The notes below the pieces were generated by a model. That model had not been told where the DNA came from. It searched no databases and saw only the letters and a program-made list of their open reading frames with translations. Position numbers and translations under genes: made by a program. A stretch of 64,000 nucleotides of DNA, taken from IMG/VR virus record IMGVR_UViG_3300021400_000379, positions 35,639 to 99,638 of that record. One strand, given 5' to 3'. Below are positions 57,839-64,000 of the stretch, piece by piece. Positions within the stretch are counted from its first letter, which is position 1. The number at the start of each line of letters is the position of its first letter. The DNA comes from a virus (Duplodnaviria > Caudoviricetes).

Positions 57839-57966
57839 TCCTTCATCCTCTTATTCCATATTTTTACAGTACCCTTTTCCAGGTCATTCACCGATTTCCG
57901 CTATGTTCAGATTGATGTACGCAATCCCCCAAAGACAGACGATTATAATCAGATCAAGGACGCTGA

Positions 57967-59136
57967 TCATTCGTCCTTCCCCCAGTATCCCATGAACATA
58001 TTCAGCGCATCCTCCTTTGTGATGGATCCGCACCACACCTTGCACTGAGGGCATCCAACCTTACATGATATAGGATCTCTCCCAATCACTAACGGATCAT
58101 CTTCTATGACGAGCCAGCTCCCGCATCTGGGGCAGCAGGGCATGTCAGGCTTCTCGACCACGGATTTCGCCACAGCGACCGCGTCCTCCGCTCTCTCCTT
58201 CTGCCGGGCCAGGTCCTCTTTGGTCGCAATAGGTATGGTGTTGTGATTTGTCCATTCGTTGAACATTTCCCCCGCAATCCGTCCGGGAACATATGTCGAA
58301 GTCGTATCAGTCGGTAACGCGACTATGGGTATCGCGTCGCAGCGCTCCATAGCAACTCTGACCTTCTTTGCTATCTCCTTGATCTGCTCGGGGGTATATT
58401 CAGGCATGATAATGGTTCCCTTTTCATACTTTAATGGGGTATCAAGGGGCGCTCTCCTCCCGCAGCCCTTGTGCTCGGGGCAGTAGCCCAGCTGCTCGCA
58501 CTGGGGTCCGAGGCTGAAGTGCCTGAACAGCTCGGGGCATGCCTCCTCAGCTGCCTGTGCCATCTTGTCAGCGACCTCCCTGATCTCCCACTGCGCCCTG
58601 GTGCACCTGCGGAGTCCGCAGAAGTGCTGGAGCTCACGGGCGTTCATGGTCACTACAATAGAGGTCGTAACACCCTGGGGAATAAGATAACGTGCATCCT
58701 CCTCGGGAACACCCTCCTCAAGAAGTGTTCTGTATAAGCCGTTAAGTATCCACATAACTTTGGCTACTCTCTTATTCTCGTAATATTTGGTATTCTTAAT
58801 ACTTTCAGGAATAACACATTGGAACAGAGGAGTATATTCAGACTGCTCGAGCGGGCTTTCACCACAGAGAGGCTTGACGTACCTCTGGCTCTGCTGGCTG
58901 TAACTGGCCATCCTGTGCCTGACCAGCTGGTGGCTGGTGACACGGCTGATCCCGGAGATGCTGAACGTGAACACGGCGTGCTCGTAGCAGGATGGGTGGA
59001 TGACCTCAAGGGTGTGGTCGACATCCTTGGGGTCAAGCACGATGTCGCTTGCGGGCATCGGAGAATAACAACCCTTGCCTGCGACGGCAACGGTATCTGC
59101 TGGGTTGGTGGTGTGGGCTATAAGTTTCACTTCCAT
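57967..59136 (-). CDS. thyX: FAD-dependent thymidylate synthase ThyX with C-terminal Zn-finger extension
   Basis: HPSCYEH, RHRMASYSQQSQRY, EDARYLIP, MNAREL, AQWEIR; extra CPRC...CPQC domain; start ATG 59136 with GAGGT RBS. Confidence 0.95.
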   Translation of the reverse strand: MEVKLIAHTTNPADTVAVAGKGCYSPMPASDIVLDPKDVDHTLEVIHPSCYEHAVFTFSISGISRVTSHQLVRHRMASYSQQSQRYVKPLCGESPLEQSEYTPLFQCVIPESIKNTKYYENKRVAKVMWILNGLYRTLLEEGVPEEDARYLIPQGVTTSIVVTMNARELQHFCGLRRCTRAQWEIREVADKMAQAAEEACPELFRHFSLGPQCEQLGYCPEHKGCGRRAPLDTPLKYEKGTIIMPEYTPEQIKEIAKKVRVAMERCDAIPIVALPTDTTSTYVPGRIAGEMFNEWTNHNTIPIATKEDLARQKERAEDAVAVAKSVVEKPDMPCCPRCGSWLVIEDDPLVIGRDPISCKVGCPQCKVWCGSITKEDALNMFMGYWGKDE

Positions 59137-59189
59137 AACTATATACCTCAAATAGGGAGATGAGGTCTATAGATATATAGTTATGGAAG
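59130..59189. promoter_or_regulatory. 16-bp inverted repeat spanning the thyX promoter and start codon, with an inner stem over the RBS
   Basis: CTTCCATAACTATATA / TATATAGTTATGGAAG plus inner ACCTCA/TGAGGT. Confidence 0.75.
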
Positions 59190-59201
59190 GATGGAAAATG
59201 T

Positions 59202-59477
59202 TTAATCGTCCTTTTTACCGAGATATGGGGCGAGCTTATCCTCCAGCGCGGTCAGCCTGGAGTTTATATCGTCCACATACTTCATCTTGGTATTGACCTC
59301 ATCGATATCCTCGAGGAGGGACTCGACGAGCACATGGGTGCTGAGGTCGACCTCAGTGCGGGGCTCGATACGGAGCTCGGCCCAGCCCCTGCGTTTGGCA
59401 TAGAAGAGGAACACGCACGCCGCGATAGCGGTCACCGCGATGCCCGCGAACAGACCTGATACGATTTCTGCGATCAT
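59202..59477 (-). CDS. N-terminal TM plus coiled-coil protein
   Basis: AGGTGA RBS; hydrophobic N-terminus. Confidence 0.7.
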   Translation of the reverse strand: MIAEIVSGLFAGIAVTAIAACVFLFYAKRRGWAELRIEPRTEVDLSTHVLVESLLEDIDEVNTKMKYVDDINSRLTALEDKLAPYLGKKDD

Positions 59478-60778
59478 TGGGATTCACCTATCTCGTTATC
59501 TTTATCGGGATATAGTACTTTTCCGTTGGCTTCGGACTCTTTCGCCGTGTTTTTGTAGGACTCCGAGGGGTCCTCCGCCATCTTCCGAATCTCCTCCCAA
59601 GTGGGGATACGGCGTTCATCCGCCTTGATCACACCGTATTTCCGTGCCAGTTTCCTGGCGGCCCTTACGCCCCTGTTCTCGATCCTCTTTGGCTTCTCTT
59701 TGGACGCCTCCTTGGGCTTCTCCTCCTCGCTCGGCTTATCGCCATTTTCAGGAGTCGCCTCGGGCGCGGGAGAACCTTCCTCTTTTTTGGCCTTAGCGCG
59801 GAGTGTCTTAGGCTTCGGGGCAGGGGTTTCGCTGGGAACATAGGGCGCCTGAACACGGTACTTACCATTCTCATCAAGTGAATTGTTCCTTAACCAACGT
59901 GCTAATCTCAGAAGATACAAGTTATTTTTATCAGGATACATTTGTATAGCCGCTTCGAGAAAGGCATTTTTGCGCCCTGTCGCATTTTTAGCAGCATTCG
60001 CCAATAGATTGTACCATTCTGAATTCAGAGGTACACCCTTCGTATCCACCGACCACGGGGCAAAAGGAGATATGGGCTCATTTATATACCCTTCATAGAG
60101 AGGTATTCCCAACTTACTTTTATCACGGGCATTTACAAGGTATTTGCGTAATAGTGAGGGGCGGAGGCCAAGTGCCCCTGCAAGACTATCTATGTTTTTC
60201 TCGCTGTAGAAGTCCAGGCCGTCATCCTGTCTAATGACGTCTGGTATATCCTCACCGATGTTCAACTCGTCCATACTCTTGATTCTCTCCGGGGTCCAGA
60301 ACGCCTTCGGGTCATCCATAGCTCCCAGCTCGGAGTCGTACCTCTCGCCATACTTGTCAAGCACCGCTTTCCAGTAAGGTGTGGTACGGCCTGATTTGGC
60401 CTTGGCAGACAGATCGTCCGTACTCAGGAGCCTCTTCATCCACAGGAGCGACGCCATCTGGTCGTTCTGTTCGATCCCGCCGCGACTGAGGTGTGGGTCG
60501 ATGGACTTACCTTGTGTCTTGACAGGGTCTCCCGCGACATCGTCCGGCTCAGGGGGCTTATAATCCGGGTTGGCCCGCGGATTATAATCCTGGTAGATGG
60601 TCTCATTCAGTGCCTTGAGCTTGTTGGGACTCTTCGCCTCGTTGATCTGGTCCCTGGTGGTAGCATATGTCTGGTATCCGGACTCGAGGTCCGGGTCGGT
60701 GAACTTGCCCGATTCATCCGACTTGATATTGTTCTTCCAATATTGGGAGTACTTCTCGTCAGACTGCATGGCACTCAC
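59474..60778 (-). CDS. Hypothetical protein with IPTWEEIRK tag
   Basis: 434 aa, charged; VIKADERRIPTWEEIRK. Confidence 0.8.
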   Translation of the reverse strand: MSAMQSDEKYSQYWKNNIKSDESGKFTDPDLESGYQTYATTRDQINEAKSPNKLKALNETIYQDYNPRANPDYKPPEPDDVAGDPVKTQGKSIDPHLSRGGIEQNDQMASLLWMKRLLSTDDLSAKAKSGRTTPYWKAVLDKYGERYDSELGAMDDPKAFWTPERIKSMDELNIGEDIPDVIRQDDGLDFYSEKNIDSLAGALGLRPSLLRKYLVNARDKSKLGIPLYEGYINEPISPFAPWSVDTKGVPLNSEWYNLLANAAKNATGRKNAFLEAAIQMYPDKNNLYLLRLARWLRNNSLDENGKYRVQAPYVPSETPAPKPKTLRAKAKKEEGSPAPEATPENGDKPSEEEKPKEASKEKPKRIENRGVRAARKLARKYGVIKADERRIPTWEEIRKMAEDPSESYKNTAKESEANGKVLYPDKDNEIGESQ

Positions 60779-61836
60779 TGCCTGTTGAGCATGGCTTGCA
60801 GTTTAAGCCTCATATTCTTAAGGGCTGCCGGATCGGCAGCACCCTCCGCAAGCTTGGAGTCCAGGTTGGACTGGGCATTATTCACCCACTGCTGACGGAT
60901 ATCCTCGGAGGGCTGGAAGTCCGGCCTCTGGTCGAAGGGCAGCGAGTCGATCCCGTCCCTGACACTCTGAAGGTCATTCCGGAAATTGTCCCTGCTCTCT
61001 TTGGCGGCCTTGATCCCCTCGAAATCTGCGCCCAATTGCATCTGCGTCTGTGCCTTCCTGATCTCATCCCAGGTGGGGATGTGCTCCTCGCCCTTCGTGG
61101 TCTTCCCGCCGTAACGTGCCTTGAGACGGTCGACGATCTGCTTTGTGTGAGCATAATTGCCGGTCACGTCGCCGAACTCGGACGCTTTCTGGTCTTCAAA
61201 CTTCTTTTCCTGGGCCTTCTTGGACTTGGCATCGGCCTCAGCACGCTCCTCTGCGGGAGAGAGCTTCTTACCGCTGGGTGACACACCGCCATTGGCCCCG
61301 GGACGCTTCTGAGCTCCTTTTCTGATTTCCTCCCAAGTAGGAATGTGCTCTTCTCCTTTTACGACGGAGTCATCTTCCTCGTCCTTCTCGGGCTTCACGG
61401 CTGTGCCGTCGCATCCGTCCCCGCACTTGTTCACGGGTTTAGGGTGCTCGGTGGGGGGGGTGACCGTGGACTCGCCTCCCTTGGTCTTGACGGGAGTATC
61501 CGGTGCATGATAGGTGTCCGATGTGATAGGGGGCTCCTCGCAGCACTCATCCTCATGGGTGACCTTCTCGCAGGGGGTGCCGAGCCCGATACTGATGACC
61601 ATCTTGGCCTTACGGAGCGCAGAGATGGACTCCTCGGACAGGGATTTGGACTTGATCGCGGGTACTGCCCCTACTGTGGGATTCGCTGCCTTGGTCGAAG
61701 GGTCGAGCTCCCCGAGGCCGTTATTATTCTCCTCGCGATTAATCTCGTCTCCGTTGCCGTTAGGAATTCCGCCCTGGTTGGTCTTCTCGGGAGATTCGCA
61801 CTCCCCCTCTTCGATTTTCTGAATGGAATTGTTCAT
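60775..61836 (-). CDS. Acidic low-complexity protein with two KGEEHIPTW(E/D)EIRK tags
   Basis: 353 aa; internal repeat. Confidence 0.8.
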   Translation of the reverse strand: MNNSIQKIEEGECESPEKTNQGGIPNGNGDEINREENNNGLGELDPSTKAANPTVGAVPAIKSKSLSEESISALRKAKMVISIGLGTPCEKVTHEDECCEEPPITSDTYHAPDTPVKTKGGESTVTPPTEHPKPVNKCGDGCDGTAVKPEKDEEDDSVVKGEEHIPTWEEIRKGAQKRPGANGGVSPSGKKLSPAEERAEADAKSKKAQEKKFEDQKASEFGDVTGNYAHTKQIVDRLKARYGGKTTKGEEHIPTWDEIRKAQTQMQLGADFEGIKAAKESRDNFRNDLQSVRDGIDSLPFDQRPDFQPSEDIRQQWVNNAQSNLDSKLAEGAADPAALKNMRLKLQAMLNRQ

Positions 61837-62075
61837 GCGGTGTTATCTTGGTCGAAGTTTATAAGGGATATGGCCTCGACCAGCTTTTTCGCCTCATCAT
61901 CGGACAGAGTGATCCCCTTCCCCATGCGTTTTCCGTCGGGAGACCACTCGCGGATGTCGAACTTCGAGGGGCGGTTGTTCCATGAGATACGGTTCACCTG
62001 CCTGGTCCATCCGTTCTTGGGCGAGGTGGACAGGTCTGCGATGTGCTTCTCGATGGTGTAGGTGATCTGCTTCAT
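61833..62075 (-). CDS. PC4/YdbC-family ssDNA-binding protein (second copy)
   Basis: GWTRQVNRISWN...FDIREWSPD..RMGKGITL. Confidence 0.9.
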   Translation of the reverse strand: MKQITYTIEKHIADLSTSPKNGWTRQVNRISWNNRPSKFDIREWSPDGKRMGKGITLSDDEAKKLVEAISLINFDQDNTA

Positions 62076-62289
62076 GATGGGTGATAGGCGTGTAGATATA
62101 TAGGAGAATGGGTAGGTGGGAGAATTTACCCGGCCGGATTGGGATCCAAGAAAACACACAAGAAACTCGGGGTTCCGGCCGGGCTGCGCCGATTAAGGAG
62201 GAATAACCTTGCAGGGCTGCATATTGGGATAAGAGATTGTGAGATATATAGTTAACGGGTATGTGAGCTAAGCGTCCGTGGGGAGAAGG

Positions 62290-62571
62290 TCAGTCCCATA
62301 CCGAGTCGATTATCTCGAGCGTATCGACGCCGTTCTCAACATAGAGCGCCACCTCCTTATCGAGGAGACGCGCTATCTGCATTATGCCCTCAGCTGACTC
62401 GATCTCCGCCTCTGCCGTATAATACGGATGCCCGAAATTGCTCATATTTTCGAAGAGGGTAACGGTCACGCCGGGGATCTCGGCCGCCTCAATAATAGGG
62501 ATGTAGTCCTGTATGGAGGAGTAGCCTTGGTACGCGAGGGTGGTGGTGAGGTCGAATTTCACCGCGATCAC
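62290..62571 (-). CDS. Hypothetical protein, paralogue of 62568-62825
   Basis: YIPIIEAAEIPG...LEIIDSVWD. Confidence 0.7.
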   Translation of the reverse strand: MIAVKFDLTTTLAYQGYSSIQDYIPIIEAAEIPGVTVTLFENMSNFGHPYYTAEAEIESAEGIMQIARLLDKEVALYVENGVDTLEIIDSVWD

Positions 62572-62825
62572 TCCCTCCAGTCGTTGTAGATCTCGAGGAT
62601 ATTATCATCGAGGAGGATCACGTTGAAGCCGAAGGTGTCTCTGAGCTTCAGCAGGGCGTCAAGGGTCCCGATATCCACATACACATCCGGAAGGCCCCAG
62701 TCATCGTCAAGCCAATCTTCGTACTCCAGTGTGAGATCAGGTATCTTCGCCTCCTCGATACGGCGGACATAGTTGCGGAGGTCGGGCATATAGTGGCTTG
62801 TGCAGGTGAGTCTGAATCTTGTCAT
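62568..62825 (-). CDS. Hypothetical protein
   Basis: YVRRIEEAKIPD...LEIYNDWRE; TATA upstream. Confidence 0.7.
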   Translation of the reverse strand: MTRFRLTCTSHYMPDLRNYVRRIEEAKIPDLTLEYEDWLDDDWGLPDVYVDIGTLDALLKLRDTFGFNVILLDDNILEIYNDWRE

Positions 62826-63012
62826 GGTAATGATAGATATGCTGTGGAGGTATATTATACTAGGTATATAGTTGGGTAAAATCATCAGCTATATTTTCAG
62901 CATATAGTCCCCCTGCGGGGGAACGGCTCACCCAGATCGGGCGGAGTCCGAAATACCCTCATGGTTAGGTATATATACCTACAAATCTAACCCTCATCTG
63001 TCCTTTGGACAA

Positions 63013-63092
63013 TGGTTATGTTGTGTTGTGTAGTGGATATGCTCACGTTACCCAACGTGCGTATAGATGAAACACACAACACAACTTAACCA
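63013..63092. other. 80-nt hairpin/inverted repeat in the divergent control region
   Basis: TGGTTATGTTGTGTTGTGT / ACACAACACAACTTAACCA (18 of 19 paired) with inner CACGTT-ACCC-AACGTG. Confidence 0.7.
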
Positions 63093-63283
63093 CGGCGATT
63101 TTTTCAACGGGGGTTTATAAACACACGATAGTTTTTGGTGTGCGTGCTACGTTTTACGGTGTGCGCCCACCTACGGATAGCCAGCGTGCATACGCTGGAT
63201 TGTATTGCATTCAGCCAATTGTTTTCGGACAATCAACAACACCGACAAACTTTTTTGAACAACTAATCGCAAAGGTGATTAAA

Positions 63284-63904
63284 ATGACTAACGTATCCGT
63301 CAAGGATTTCGCACAGCTGGTCGCAAAGACCAGAACCAGCACTGAACTTATGAACGCCTACATCGCCAACGGACACGAGGTCTGTGCGTATGTGGATGAC
63401 AACGGCAAGATGCACGGCGACCGCGCCACCGTCTGGTTCACGGACAAGCTCTACAACGTGAAGAGTCTGTACGGACGCAATCTGCCCGCCGAAGCGAGGA
63501 ACATCGTGCTGACCGAGAACCGCTACTTCAACTACGCAAAGCTCGGCGCACGCGTGAAGATGTCTGCCAAGGGCGACGCCACCCTCGAACTCATCACTCA
63601 AATCCGTCTGAACTCGGACGCAAAGAACATGAGCGCGGAGATGAAGAACGCACACATCGAGTCCATCGATAGGGACATCATGCACGCCCTCGCCGACGTG
63701 AACGCCATTCTGAACGACCGCGGGCTGTCCAACCCGATTACCTACCTCGCATCCGAGCGTGTGCTCATCTCCGAGGACGACGACCTCAACGACTACCAAG
63801 TCAAGTCCATCGTGGCTGACATCAGCAACGAGCTTCTCGAATACACCACGATGAACGTGAACAAGATTCAGCTCATGATGACTCACGTCTACACTTGCGA
63901 GTGA
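63284..63904 (+). CDS. Hypothetical protein with strong codon bias (likely early, highly expressed)
   Basis: AGGTGA RBS before ATG 63284; TTTATAAA at 63114-63121. Confidence 0.8.
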   Translation: MTNVSVKDFAQLVAKTRTSTELMNAYIANGHEVCAYVDDNGKMHGDRATVWFTDKLYNVKSLYGRNLPAEARNIVLTENRYFNYAKLGARVKMSAKGDATLELITQIRLNSDAKNMSAEMKNAHIESIDRDIMHALADVNAILNDRGLSNPITYLASERVLISEDDDLNDYQVKSIVADISNELLEYTTMNVNKIQLMMTHVYTCE

Positions 63905-63920
63905 GTCGCGGGCTGACTTC

Positions 63921-63957
63921 AAAACCTTTTAAGGGGGCGCGAGCCCCCTTTTTTTTA
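63921..63957 (+). terminator. Terminator
   Basis: AAAACCTTTTAA-GGGGGC-GCGA-GCCCCC-T8. Confidence 0.75.
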
Positions 63958-64000
63958 TCGAAAAATTTTTTCAGCCTTTTTCCCGCCCGACCCGGCGAGC

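Noticed and set aside
2229-61822. Many long plus-strand ORFs in the track (e.g. 4588-5313, 35183-36190, 36054-37004)
   Set aside because: They are antisense shadows of well-supported minus-strand genes and carry no motifs.
1-64000. Integrase/att sites, major capsid protein, DNA polymerase, endolysin
   Set aside because: Not recognisable in this window; capsid genes probably lie beyond the portal, outside the window.

Overview
A 64-kb segment of a tailed (siphovirus-like) dsDNA virus with nearly all genes on the minus strand. The host is archaeal, shown by a PCNA clamp, TATA-box promoters, GGTGA/GAGG ribosome-binding sites and tRNA-Gln with an A1-U72 pair. It is probably a gut or rumen Methanomassiliicoccales methanogen, inferred from BspA-type LRR and Listeria-Bacteroides-repeat adhesins and from avoidance of amber stops. 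Left to right the window holds: a partial portal, terminase, a plus-strand cluster of 9 tRNAs, tail-fibre/baseplate genes, a 2711-aa adhesin, two tail-tube paralogues, a short tape measure protein and chaperones with a -1 frameshift, and neck genes. These are followed by recombination/replication genes (VRR-NUC, YqaJ, ERF, SNF2, D5-like helicase), an AT-rich putative origin, a 2073-aa unknown protein and an accessory region (PC4, Tad2-like, PCNA, dUTPase, RtcB, ThyX, many Zn-finger microproteins). Main observation: more than 70 called genes end in TGA or TAA. The only four that appear to end in TAG all continue in frame, and three of these reach a TGA that overlaps a downstream start codon. 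This indicates TAG is a sense codon, most plausibly pyrrolysine supplied by the host, including inside a putative baseplate/tail-hub protein. Other notable signals are tRNA-Ile(UAU), two tRNAs with C33, a hairpin that sequesters the thyX start, a peptide tag shared by three acidic proteins, and several orphan structured RNAs. All calls are by eye; no database searches were run.
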